Shown here one piece after another: positions 44,725-54,253 of a DNA stretch of 64,000 bases; the stretch's first letter is position 1, and every line of letters begins with the position of its first letter. The translations under genes were made by a program, and so were the position numbers. A model generated the notes under the pieces. That model had not been told where the DNA came from, did no database searches, and worked only from the letters and a program-made list of their open reading frames with translations. The DNA comes from an uncultured Acidobacteriota bacterium (lineage in GTDB: Bacteria > Acidobacteriota > Thermoanaerobaculia > UBA5066 > Gp7-AA6): assembly GCA_963829925.1 (NCBI GenBank), contig CAWHKQ010000004.1:272741-336740 (forward strand). The letters are read 5' to 3'.

Positions 44725-47484
44725 ATGCGAACATTTCTGCGCATCGGGTGCGCACTCTTCGCTCTCGGACTTTCGGCGTCTGCCTTCCCTGCGACGTTGA
44801 CCGTCAACACGACGAACGATCTGGACGACGGTCTCTGCAACGCGGCGCACTGCTCGCTGCGCGAGGCGATCCACGCGGCCAACGCGGCGGCCGGCGCCGA
44901 CACGATCCGATTCATCATCGGTTCCGGCCCGCGCACGATTCAGCCGACGTCGGCGCTGCCGACGATCACGGACCCGGCGACGATCGACGGGACGACGCAG
45001 CCGGGGTTCGCCGGGGCGCCGATCATCGAGCTGGACGGGTCGCTCGCGGGGGCGGGATCGAACGGGTTGAGGATCTCGGCCGGGAGCAGCCTCGTGACGG
45101 GGCTGGTGATCAACCGCTTCCAGGTGGCGTTTCCAGCCAGCGGGGGGAACGGGATCCTCCTCGAATCGGGGGACGGCAACGAGATCCGGGGCAACTACAT
45201 CGGGACCAACATGGCGGGCACTGCGGAGCTCGGCAACTCCGCCGACGGGATCGTGGTTTCCGGCTCGGCAGGCAATCTCATCGGCCGCACGGACCTGGCC
45301 AATCGCATCAACGTGATCTCGGGCAACGCGGGCAACGGCGTGCGGATCTCCGGCGGCGGGGCCATCCAGAACGTGGTCGCCGGGAATCGTCTGGGCACCA
45401 ACGCGGCGGGCACGGCCGACGTGGGCAACGGCATCAACGGGGTGGCGGTGTCCTCGGGCTCCGACAACGTCGTCGGGTCGGCGACCTTCGGCGACACCCT
45501 GATTGCGGGCAATGGCGGGGACGGCGTGGCGATCACCGGCTCGGCGACCGGCACGATCGTGCTGGGCTGCTACATCGGGATGAACGCCACGGCCACCGCC
45601 GCTCTGGCCAACGACGGCCAGGGGGTCAACATCGGCGGCGCGACCGGCAACATCATCGGACCGGCGAACATCATCTCCGGCAACCTGCAGAGCGGCGTGC
45701 TGATGATCAGCGGCGCCTCGGGCAACACCGTCGCCGGCAACTTCGTGGGCGTCGCGGCCTCCGGCGCCGCGGCGCTCGGCAACGCGCTCAACGGCGTCAT
45801 CGCTTCCGGGTCCAACGACAACACGATCGGGCCCAACAACCTGATCTCGGGCAACGGCACCAACGGCGTGCGGCTCCGGAGCGGAGCCTCCGGCAACGTC
45901 GTCAAGGGCAACGTCATCGGGACCAACGCGGCGCTGACGGCGGCGCTTCCCAACGCCGCCGAGGGCGTCCAGTTCAACGACGGAGCGACCGGCAACACCG
46001 TCGGCGGGCCGGGGCCGGACCGCAACGTCGTCTCGGGCAACGGCTCCAACGGGGTCCTGTTCCTCGACGCCACGACGACCGGCAACTTCCTTCAGGGCAA
46101 CTTCATCGGCACCAACGCGACGGCGTCGGCGGCCCTGCCCAACGCCGCCAACGGCGTCGCGGTGCAGGCGGGCGCGAGCGGCAACACGATCGGCGGCACC
46201 GCTGCCGGCACGAAGAACGTGATCGCGCTGAACGCGGGCCGGGGCGTATTCGTCGAGTCGGGGACTGGTAACGCGGTTCTCGGAAACACGATCTCGTACA
46301 ACGGAAGCCTCGGGATCGATCTCGGGCCGGCGGGGGTGACGCCGAACGACGCCAGCGACCCCGATCCCGGCGCGAACCTGCTCCAGAACTTTCCCCTCGT
46401 GTCGTCGATCGTGCTCGACGCGAGCTCGACGCAGGTCCAGGGTTTACTCAACAGCATCCCCTCGACGAACTATCGGATCGAGTTCTTCGCCAACCTCGTC
46501 TGCGACGCGTCGGGCAACGGCCAGGGCCAGCGGCCGCTGGGTTCCGTGGACCGCGCGACCGATCCCGGCGGGAACGTCGCCTTCGTGGCGGCTCTTCCGG
46601 TTGCCGCGACGGGCGCGTGGATCACGGCCACCGCGACGGACTCCGCCGGCAACACCTCGGAGTTCTCGGCCTGCACCCCGGTTCCCGGCCCTTCGGTCGC
46701 GTCGATCACCCCGACCTCGGGCCCGGCTGCGGGCGGCACGCCTGTGGCGATCGCCGGCAACAACTTTCAGACGGGCGCCACGGCGCAGATCGGCGGTGTG
46801 GCGGCCGGCCTGGTGTCGGTCGCCAGCGGCGGGGAGGTGGAGGCCTCGACCCCCGCGCTCTTGCCCGGGACGCTCAACGACGTCGTCGTGATGAATCCGA
46901 GCTCGCTCGCGGCGACGCTGGCCGACGGCTGGATGGCCGACTTCTCGGACGTTCCGCAGGCGAGCATCTTCCACGCGGACGTGGAGAAGGTCTTCCGCAA
47001 CGGCATCACGGCCGGGTGCGGCGGCGGCAACTATTGCGTGGCCTCAGCGGTCACGCGGGGCCAGATGGCGGTCTTCCTGCTGAAGGCCGAGCACGGGTCC
47101 GCCTACACGCCCCCGGACTGCACGGGCATCTTCGCCGACGTGCCGTGCCCCGGCCCGTTCACGAACTGGATCGAACAGCTGTCTGCCGAGAACGTCACCG
47201 CCGGTTGCGGCGGCGGCAACTACTGCCCGGACAACGCCGTCACGCGGGCCCAGATGGCGGTGTTCCTCCTGAAGACGCTCCTCGGCAGCGCCTACGTGCC
47301 GCCGACGGCAGTTGGCGTCTTCGGAGACGTGCCGGTCGGCGACTTCGCCGCCGACTTCATCGAGGATCTCTACGGACGAGCCATCACAGGAGGTTGCCAG
47401 ACCTCACCGCTGCTCTACTGTCCCTCGTCGGCCGTGACTCGGGGGCAGATGGCGGTGTTCCTCGTTAAAACGTTCGGGCTTTAG
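44725..47484 (+). CDS. Secreted parallel beta-helix repeat protein with IPT/TIG domain and three Cys-containing SLH-like C-terminal repeats
   Basis: Intact 919 aa. Signal peptide; LTVNTTNDLDDGLCNAAHCSLREAIHAANAAAGADTI; about 20 repeats of the type GNxIGTNxAGTAxLGNxxxGV; TDSAGNTSEFSAC; IPT SITPTSGPAAGGTPVAIAGNNF; three repeats of FxDVP...[12 protein letters not shown]..[13 protein letters not shown]. Confidence 0.8.
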   Translation: MRTFLRIGCALFALGLSASAFPATLTVNTTNDLDDGLCNAAHCSLREAIHAANAAAGADTIRFIIGSGPRTIQPTSALPTITDPATIDGTTQPGFAGAPIIELDGSLAGAGSNGLRISAGSSLVTGLVINRFQVAFPASGGNGILLESGDGNEIRGNYIGTNMAGTAELGNSADGIVVSGSAGNLIGRTDLANRINVISGNAGNGVRISGGGAIQNVVAGNRLGTNAAGTADVGNGINGVAVSSGSDNVVGSATFGDTLIAGNGGDGVAITGSATGTIVLGCYIGMNATATAALANDGQGVNIGGATGNIIGPANIISGNLQSGVLMISGASGNTVAGNFVGVAASGAAALGNALNGVIASGSNDNTIGPNNLISGNGTNGVRLRSGASGNVVKGNVIGTNAALTAALPNAAEGVQFNDGATGNTVGGPGPDRNVVSGNGSNGVLFLDATTTGNFLQGNFIGTNATASAALPNAANGVAVQAGASGNTIGGTAAGTKNVIALNAGRGVFVESGTGNAVLGNTISYNGSLGIDLGPAGVTPNDASDPDPGANLLQNFPLVSSIVLDASSTQVQGLLNSIPSTNYRIEFFANLVCDASGNGQGQRPLGSVDRATDPGGNVAFVAALPVAATGAWITATATDSAGNTSEFSACTPVPGPSVASITPTSGPAAGGTPVAIAGNNFQTGATAQIGGVAAGLVSVASGGEVEASTPALLPGTLNDVVVMNPSSLAATLADGWMADFSDVPQASIFHADVEKVFRNGITAGCGGGNYCVASAVTRGQMAVFLLKAEHGSAYTPPDCTGIFADVPCPGPFTNWIEQLSAENVTAGCGGGNYCPDNAVTRAQMAVFLLKTLLGSAYVPPTAVGVFGDVPVGDFAADFIEDLYGRAITGGCQTSPLLYCPSSAVTRGQMAVFLVKTFGL

Positions 47485-47499
47485 TCACGATTTAAGTAA

Positions 47500-47557
47500 A
47501 CGCTGGCCTTCGGCCAGCGTTCCCTACTGCTGGGGGTCTGCCTTCGGTGGTCGGGTT
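47500..47557 (+). repeat. Structured intergenic repeat, copy B
   Basis: Hairpin ACGCTGGCC-ttc-GGCCAGCGT (47500-47520), then the core TCCCTACTGCTGGGGGTCTGCCTTCGGTGG (47521-47550). It begins 15 nt after the stop of the beta-helix/SLH gene. Confidence 0.8.
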
Positions 47558-47595
47558 CAGCCTTCCTTAGATCAAATCTGTTAGCGTCCCAGGCC

Positions 47596-48147
47596 ATGCG
47601 CAAAGCCCTCGCGACCCTCGCCCTGTCTTTCCTCGCGCTCCCCGCCCTCGCCGACGATCCGGATCCGGCGGCGGGCGCGTTCAGCACCACCGCCACGGTG
47701 ACGACGAGTCAGGGAACCCGGAGCATCGGTTTCACGGTGGTCGTCGACAACCCGATGCGCGCGGCCGAGGTCGTCTCGCTCAAGCGTGTCCTCGAAGAGG
47801 GCGGTCAGCGGGCTCTCGTGAACACGATCCGCGGGAGCGCCCGGGGAAAGATTCGAATGGGAGGGCTGGAGCACTCGATCGACCTGGTCGTCGCCGAGCC
47901 GATCGAGGACGGCTACCGTTACGTCGTCGTCACCACCCGCCCGTTCCGCTTCGAGGAGCCGGGCGACGACCGCCCTTCGGCCGACTATCCGTTCGCCGTA
48001 CTCGTCTTCGACGTCCCGGAGTTCGGCTCGGGCGAGGGGAAAATCCTCCCGAAGGCGTCTCTCTCGATCGACGTCGAGGGACGTGTCCGGGCGAATCGGG
48101 GCGAGGACGAACCGGGAACGTTGACGGACGTCCGCCGGACGGATTAG
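47596..48147 (+). CDS. Hypothetical secreted protein
   Basis: Intact 183 aa with signal peptide MRKALATLALSFLALPALA. No family recognised. Confidence 0.55.
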   Translation: MRKALATLALSFLALPALADDPDPAAGAFSTTATVTTSQGTRSIGFTVVVDNPMRAAEVVSLKRVLEEGGQRALVNTIRGSARGKIRMGGLEHSIDLVVAEPIEDGYRYVVVTTRPFRFEEPGDDRPSADYPFAVLVFDVPEFGSGEGKILPKASLSIDVEGRVRANRGEDEPGTLTDVRRTD

Positions 48148-48160
48148 CCGCCGCCCCCCG

Positions 48161-49108
48161 TCAGACCCCCGCCACCTCGTCGCTTCCCTCGTTGACCCCC
48201 TCGAAGAGGATCGTCGTGAAATAACGCTCGCCGGTGTCCGGAAGCATCGCGAGAAGGACGGAGCCCTTCGGGGCCTTTTCGGCGACCTTCTTCGCGGCGG
48301 CGAACGTGCCGCCGGAGGAGATGCCGCAGAAGATGCCTTCCTTCGTCGCGAGATCGCGCGCGGCGTCCCGCGCCTCGACGTCGCCGACGACGACGACCTC
48401 GTCGTACACCTTGCGGTCCAGGACGGCGGGCACGAAGTCCGGCGTCCAGCCCTGGATCTTGTGCGGCTTCCACTCGTTGCCGGTCAGCAGGGCCGCGCCC
48501 TCGGGCTCGGCGACGACGATCTTGACGTCCGGGCGCGCCTTCTTCAGCATCTGTCCCGCGCCGGTGAGCGTCCCGCCGGTGCCGTACCCGGTGACCCAGT
48601 AGTCCAGCCGCTTGCCGGCGAAATCGCGCAGGATCTCGGGGCCCGTGGTGTTGCGGTGGTACTCCGGGTTGGCTTCGTTCTCGAACTGCCGCGCGAGAAA
48701 CCAGCCGTGCTTCTTCGCGACTTCCTCGGCGCGTTTCACCATTCCCGAGCCGCGTTCGGCGGCCGGGTGGAGGACGACCTTGGCCCCGAGGATGCGCATG
48801 AGCTTGCGGCGCTCGACGGAGAAGCTGTCGGACATGATGGCGACGAAGGGATAACCCTTGGCGGCGCAGACCATCGCCAGCGCGATCCCGGTGTTGCCGG
48901 AGGTCGCCTCGATGACCGTCTGGCCCGGCTTCAGGGTCCCGCGCCGCTCGGCGTCTTCGATGATGCCGATCGCCAGCCGGTCCTTGACCGAGGAGAGCGG
49001 GTTGAAGGCCTCGCACTTGACGTAGATCGTGACGCCCTGCGGCGCGAGACGGTTGATGCGGACGACGGGCGTGTTGCCGATGGTTCCGAGGATGCTGTCG
49101 TGGATCAT
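48161..49108 (-). CDS. cysK: Cysteine synthase A (O-acetylserine sulfhydrylase)
   Basis: Intact 315 aa. IGNTPVVRINRL, PLP-lysine context NPLSSVKDRLA, TSGNTGIALAMV, GYGTGGTLTG, GISSG. Confidence 0.9.
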   Translation of the reverse strand: MIHDSILGTIGNTPVVRINRLAPQGVTIYVKCEAFNPLSSVKDRLAIGIIEDAERRGTLKPGQTVIEATSGNTGIALAMVCAAKGYPFVAIMSDSFSVERRKLMRILGAKVVLHPAAERGSGMVKRAEEVAKKHGWFLARQFENEANPEYHRNTTGPEILRDFAGKRLDYWVTGYGTGGTLTGAGQMLKKARPDVKIVVAEPEGAALLTGNEWKPHKIQGWTPDFVPAVLDRKVYDEVVVVGDVEARDAARDLATKEGIFCGISSGGTFAAAKKVAEKAPKGSVLLAMLPDTGERYFTTILFEGVNEGSDEVAGV

Positions 49109-49155
49109 GGAAGCGCCTCCTGCAACGTTTTATGCGGGGGGTAGGATATGCGTTC

Positions 49156-50564
49156 ATGACGAAAAAGCCCACCGGGTTTGTTCTGGGAGCCGTGCTGCTC
49201 GCGTCGACAGCATTTGCCGCCACGGGCCCCCGGACCATGCGGGTCGATTACTTCCACACCGGCAACGCGACCTCCGAGCAATTCAGTCTCGACGGCGTCG
49301 TACTCGAGCCCCTGGCCTGGCCGGGCAATCCGCGCCGTCCGGTCGACGACACCAATCTCGGCAAGTACCTGTTTCTGGTGATCGACCGCGCCACGAACCG
49401 GACGCTGTACTCCCGCGGGTTCGCGTCGATCTACGGCGAGTGGGAAACGACGGGCGAGGCGAAGACTCTGTCCCGGACCTTCTCGGAGTCGCTCCGCTTC
49501 CCGGCGCCCGAGGCGCCCGTCCAGATCGTCCTGCAGAAGCGCGACCCGCAGAACGCGTTCCGAGAGGTCTGGAGCTTCGTGCTCGACCCGAAGGACATCT
49601 TCATCGACACCTCGAAACCCGCCGTCGCCCGGGCCCGTCATCGCCATCCAGCAGTCGGGCGAGCCGGCCGAGAAGGTCGACTTCCTGCTCGTCGGCGACG
49701 GATACACGGCGGCCGAGCGCGGCAAGTTCGAGAAGGACGCGCGGCGGCTGACCGACCTGCTCTTTGCCGAGGAGCCGTTCAAGTCGCCGGCGGAGCGACT
49801 TCAACGTGTGGGCGCTCTGCCCGGCCGCCGAGGAGTCGGGCATCTCGCGGCCCTCGACGGGCATTCACCGCCGGTCGCCCCTCGGCACGACCTACGACGC
49901 GTTCGGCTCCGAGCGCTACGTGCTGACCTTCGAGAACCGCGCCTTCCGAGACATCGTGTCGTTCGCGCCGTACGAGTTCGTGGAGATCCTGACGAACACC
50001 CGGACCTACGGCGGCGGAGGCATCTTCGGGCTCTACGGCACCGTCGCGGCCGACAGCTTCTGGGCTCCCTACGTCTTCATCCACGAGTTCGCGCATCACT
50101 TCGCCGGGCTCGCCGACGAATACTTCACCTCGGCCGTGGCCTACGCGCCCGCGGCCAACCGCGTGGAGCCGTGGGAAGAGAACGTGACGGCGCTTCTGGA
50201 CCCGAAGGCGCTCAAGTGGAAGGACCTCGCGTCGCCGGGGACGCCGATCCCGACGCCCTGGGCGAAGGAGGAGTTCGAGAAGATTTCGGCCGAGTTCCAG
50301 AAGCGGCGGCGCGAGATCCGCGCCGCGAACGGGCCCGAGGAGAAGATGGACGAGCTCTTCCGGGAGGAGCAGATCCACGAGACGAAGCTCCTCGGCACCG
50401 ACCGCTACTCGGGGAAGGTCGGAGCGTTCGAGGGCGCGATGTACGAGGCCAAGGGCTATTACCGGCCCCAGGAAGACTGCATCATGTTCACCCGCGACGA
50501 GGTGCCTTTCTGCGCCGTCTGCCGGCGCTCCCTGACGCGCGTGATCGATCTCTACAGTCGATAA
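49156..50564 (+). CDS. M64-family (IgA peptidase-like) zinc metallopeptidase, 2 frame breaks (near 49625 and 49790)
   Basis: Signal peptide MTKKPTGFVLGAVLLASTAFA. MRVDYFHTGNATSEQF..., YGGGGIFGLY, zinc motif FIHEFAHHFAGLADEY, and C-terminal QEDCIMFTRDEVPFCAVC. Confidence 0.8.
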
Positions 50565-50568
50565 CCCC

Positions 50569-51852
50569 ATGAGTTTCGTCCGGGGATTGGAGCTCGCCGG
50601 TTTCGCCCGGCGCCACCTCGGCCGCATGAAGGCCGGACGCCGCGCCGTCGAAGAGCACCTGTCCGGCCCGAGCCCCGGGACGCTGCCGATGCCGACGTTC
50701 CTGCAGCTGCGCGTCACGAACCTCTGCAACCTCCGCTGCAAGATGTGCGGACAGTGGGGGGACACGGGGATCTTCCGCGAGGAGTCGCACGGCGGCGCCT
50801 CGGACGGAGCCCACGAGCGGGCGCGGATCCAGGAGCTGATCGGATTGAAGCGGCAGCTGGCGCTCGAGGACTACGCCCGCCTCCTCGACGAGGTCGCGCC
50901 GGCCCGGCCGATCATCAGCCTCTTCGGGGGCGAGCCGTTTCTCTACCCGGACATCGTCCCCCTGATCCGGGAGGTCAAGAGCCGAGGCCTGACCTGTACG
51001 GTCATCACCAACGGCGGCCGGCTGGAGGCGCTCGCCCGGGAGCTCGTCGAGATCGGCATCGACTCGATCGCGATCTCGATCGACGGGCCGCCGGAAGTCC
51101 ACGACCGGATCCGCGGGCGCGCGGGGAGCTTCGAGAAGGCCGCCGCCGGGATCCGCGCGATGGCGCGCTGGCGCGAAGAGCTGGGCCGGGCGCTGCCGAT
51201 GCAGATCGCGATCCTTCCGGTCACGGAGCTCAACCGGGACGTCATCGGACCCGCCGTCGAGGCGCTGCGGCTGCTCCCTCTCGACACGATCAACGTCGGC
51301 CTGCGCTGGTTCGTCCCGACCGACGTCGGAAACGACTACGAACGCGTCATGCGCGAAGAGTTCGGGGTCGCGGCGACGTCCTGGAAAGGCTTCGAGTTCG
51401 ACGGTTCGGCTGTGTCCGCCAGCGGGGAGCAGCAGATGGCTGGCCTCGTCCGGCTCCTCAAGGCCTTGAGAAGACGGCGGTACCTCGACTCCGCGCGGGG
51501 GCGGCCCTGGATCTCGTTCGTTCCGGACGTGCCCGCCGAGCGCGTTCCCGAGTACTTCTCCGATGTCGCGCAGACCTTCGGGCACAACCTCTGTCCGGTC
51601 GCGTGGTACTTCGCGCAGGTCGAGCCCGACGGCGAGGTCTGCTTCTGCGGCGATTTTCCGGACTACTTCATCGGCAACGTGCGCCGGCAGCCCTTCCGGG
51701 ACATCTGGACGGGAGAGAAGGCGCAGCGGTTCCGCGCGAAGCTGGCAAAAGAGCCGCTACCGATCTGCGCGCGCTGCTGCGGGAACTTCGTCTACGGCAA
51801 GTGGGAGCGGCCGGAGGGCGTAGCCGTCCCGCGCTCGCCCCAGAACCTGTAG
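50569..51852 (+). CDS. Radical SAM enzyme with SPASM/twitch-like C-terminal Cys cluster
   Basis: Intact 427 aa. CNLRCKMC (CxxxCxxC), GGEPFLYPD, and C-terminal CPVAWYFAQVEPDGEVCFCGD...GNV...IW...PICARCCG. It starts 4 nt after the M64 stop. Confidence 0.85.
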   Translation: MSFVRGLELAGFARRHLGRMKAGRRAVEEHLSGPSPGTLPMPTFLQLRVTNLCNLRCKMCGQWGDTGIFREESHGGASDGAHERARIQELIGLKRQLALEDYARLLDEVAPARPIISLFGGEPFLYPDIVPLIREVKSRGLTCTVITNGGRLEALARELVEIGIDSIAISIDGPPEVHDRIRGRAGSFEKAAAGIRAMARWREELGRALPMQIAILPVTELNRDVIGPAVEALRLLPLDTINVGLRWFVPTDVGNDYERVMREEFGVAATSWKGFEFDGSAVSASGEQQMAGLVRLLKALRRRRYLDSARGRPWISFVPDVPAERVPEYFSDVAQTFGHNLCPVAWYFAQVEPDGEVCFCGDFPDYFIGNVRRQPFRDIWTGEKAQRFRAKLAKEPLPICARCCGNFVYGKWERPEGVAVPRSPQNL

Positions 51853-52773
51853 AAGTTGAACCACTGGGTCGGGTGGCGGCGGATGACGCGCTCGAGGTCT
51901 CCGGCGACGCGCGCTCATGATTCGCAGGGCGTCTTCGTCGGGGGAGAGCGTGATGTCGCTGCGAAGCGGCTCACCCCAGACGTTGAAGTACGAGCCGTCG
52001 GGGCTGCGCAGGAAGAAGCCGGGCAGGATGTCGCAGCCGCAGAACCGGGCGAGCAGGGCCGGCGAGCGCAGGAACGGCGTCGGCCTTCCGAAAAACGGCA
52101 CGATGACCTCGTCCTCCGGGTACGCGCGGTCCACGAGCAGGGCCACGGCTCGGCCCCGATCGACGGCCGCCCGCACCTTGAACGCGGTCGCCATCGACGA
52201 GCCGATGTCGATCGACTCGACGCCGAGCCGCTCGCGCAGCTCCCGGCGCATTTCCTGGACGTTGGGGTCGAGCTCGCGCTGGCCGACGACGGCAGGAACG
52301 AGGCCGTGCTGGCGGAGGGTGACGGCTCCCATCTCCCAGTTGCCGACGTGGCCCGTCACCAGCAGGAATCCGCGACCGTCCCGCCGGCTGGCGGCGAGGA
52401 TACGCGCGTCCTCCGCCAGCGTGGTGATCTGCGGCACAAAGGACTCGCTCCGCAGACGCCAGATGTCGATCGTGTGACGCCCGTACTCGAAGAACTGTCT
52501 CCGGGCGAGGGCGGCTGCTCGACTCTCGGGGACACCGAGAGCCACACGGAAGTTGTCCCGCATCCCCGCCTTCGTCTGCTTCAAGAACGTGACTGCGAGC
52601 GTGTTTCCAACGAGATTGATGGCGTTCAGCGCCGCCATCGGCAGCCAGCGCGCGCCGTAGTGGAGTCCGCCGTAGACGACCCGGTTCGACAGGCCGTGCG
52701 CGACCCATTTTCGGCGCCCGCGCTCGGGCGCGGGCCCTTCCGGAATGCCGCCTCCGGGCGTCATTTCTTCCAT
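51792..52773 (-). CDS. LpxL/HtrB/PatA-family lipid acyltransferase, one frame break near 51900
   Basis: FLLVTGHVGNWEMGA (HxGNWE family motif), ALLVDRAYPED, VPFFGRPTPFLRSPALLA. In a shifted frame the C-terminus reads RVAGDLERVIRRHPTQWFNFYRFW. Confidence 0.75.
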
Positions 52774-52807
52774 GCGGGCGTTGAGTCTACAATCCGTTCT
52801 ACAGTCC

Positions 52808-54253
52808 ATGAATGTCTTGCTGTTGCGCCCGGATCCCGGCAACGAGCGATTCGGGCTCGGGCCCTTTTTCCGCGTCGAGCCGCTCGGGCTCGAGTACGTC
52901 GCCACGGCGTTGCGAGGGCGGGGGCACCATCCGTCGATCGTGGACCTGCGTTTCGGCCACGGAGTGAAGCCCTGGTTACGGAAGACCCGCCCGCGCGTGG
53001 TCGGGATCTCCTGCATGCACGCTCTCGAGTACGACCGCGTCATCGACGTGGCCCGCCAGGTGCGCCGCTCTTCGCCGGAGGCGTTCATTCTCGTGGGCGG
53101 ACACGCGGCGTCGGCGTTTCCGGGGCCGCTGGAGGTTCCCGAGATCGACGCGATCTGCGTGGACGACGGAGAAGAAGTCGTGCCGGCCGTCGCCGACGCG
53201 CTCGAGCGAGGCCGTCCGCTCGCCGACGTGCCCGCCCTGCGTTTGCGAGCGGGGGAGACCTGGACGTCGACGCGGCCCCTCGACGAGCGCACGGGCCTGG
53301 ATCGGGTGCCGCTTCCGGCGCGCGACCTCGTCGAGCGCGACCGAAACCACTACCACTGCCTCCTCTTCAAGCCGGTGTGGCTGGTCGAGACAGCGCGCGG
53401 CTGCCCCTTCCGCTGCAACTTCTGCTCGGTCTGGCAGCTCTACGGCCGGTCCTTCCGCGAACGCTCGATCGGCGCCGTCGTGGACGACCTGGCGTCGGTC
53501 GGGGACTCGGTGTTCATCGCGGACGATCTCTTCTGGAACCACCCCGACCGCAGCCGCGAGCTGGCGGAGGCGCTGGTCCGGCGGGGCGTCCGGAAGCGCT
53601 GGATCCTCGTCCAGACACGGACAGACCTCGTGTGCCGCCACCCGGACCTGCTGGAGGCCTGGCGCCCCATCGCCAGGGATTTCGACATCTTCTTCGGTCT
53701 CGAGGCGGCCTCGGATGCGGGCCTGGCGAGCGTGACGAAGGATGCCTCCGTCTCCGCCTCCCTGGAAGCGGCGCGCATCTCCCGCTCCCTCGGCTACGGC
53801 GTGACCGGCAATTTCCTGGTGGACCCGGACTGGGATGAGGCGCAGTTTCGCGAGCTCTGGGATTTCGTCGCGGAGAACGGCTTCCAGCGCGCCGGCTACA
53901 CCCTCCTGACGCCGCTGCCCGGCACCGAGCTGTACCAGAAACTGGCGCCAATCCTCGAGGGCCAGCCCTGGTTCAAGTACGACATGCACCACGTGCTCTG
54001 GGAGCCGCGCCTCGGGGCGCGCCGGTTCTTCGAGCTCTACGCCGAAACCTGGCGCCGCTCGATCCTGAACATGTCGGGAGAGAAGCGGTGGATCGACTGG
54101 ATGCGCCAGGTCAAGCCGGCCCAGATCCCGTACCTGACCCGGGTCCTCCTGCGCACGCAGCGGATGATGAAGGCCGAGGCGTACCTCCGGGAGCACGAAG
54201 CGACGCGCGGCGAAATGGCCTCCGCCCCGCCCCAGGCGCTCGAGGCGTCCTGA
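52808..54253 (+). CDS. B12-binding-domain radical SAM enzyme (class B; HpnR-like methylase is a tentative comparison only)
   Basis: Intact. N-terminal cobalamin-binding-type domain MNVLLLRPDPG...EPLGLEYVATALRGRGHHPSIVDL...VVGISCM...ILVGGHAAS. Radical SAM site ETARGCPFRCNFCSV. Long helical C-terminal tail. Confidence 0.85.
   Translation: MNVLLLRPDPGNERFGLGPFFRVEPLGLEYVATALRGRGHHPSIVDLRFGHGVKPWLRKTRPRVVGISCMHALEYDRVIDVARQVRRSSPEAFILVGGHAASAFPGPLEVPEIDAICVDDGEEVVPAVADALERGRPLADVPALRLRAGETWTSTRPLDERTGLDRVPLPARDLVERDRNHYHCLLFKPVWLVETARGCPFRCNFCSVWQLYGRSFRERSIGAVVDDLASVGDSVFIADDLFWNHPDRSRELAEALVRRGVRKRWILVQTRTDLVCRHPDLLEAWRPIARDFDIFFGLEAASDAGLASVTKDASVSASLEAARISRSLGYGVTGNFLVDPDWDEAQFRELWDFVAENGFQRAGYTLLTPLPGTELYQKLAPILEGQPWFKYDMHHVLWEPRLGARRFFELYAETWRRSILNMSGEKRWIDWMRQVKPAQIPYLTRVLLRTQRMMKAEAYLREHEATRGEMASAPPQALEAS

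Noticed and set aside
47481-47696. Small ORFs that share the peptide RRQTPSSRER (47481..47696 minus; also inside 29542..31062 minus, and 30659..30844 plus).
   Set aside because: The shared peptide is just the translation of the intergenic structured repeat core. There is no start context or coding signal outside the repeat.
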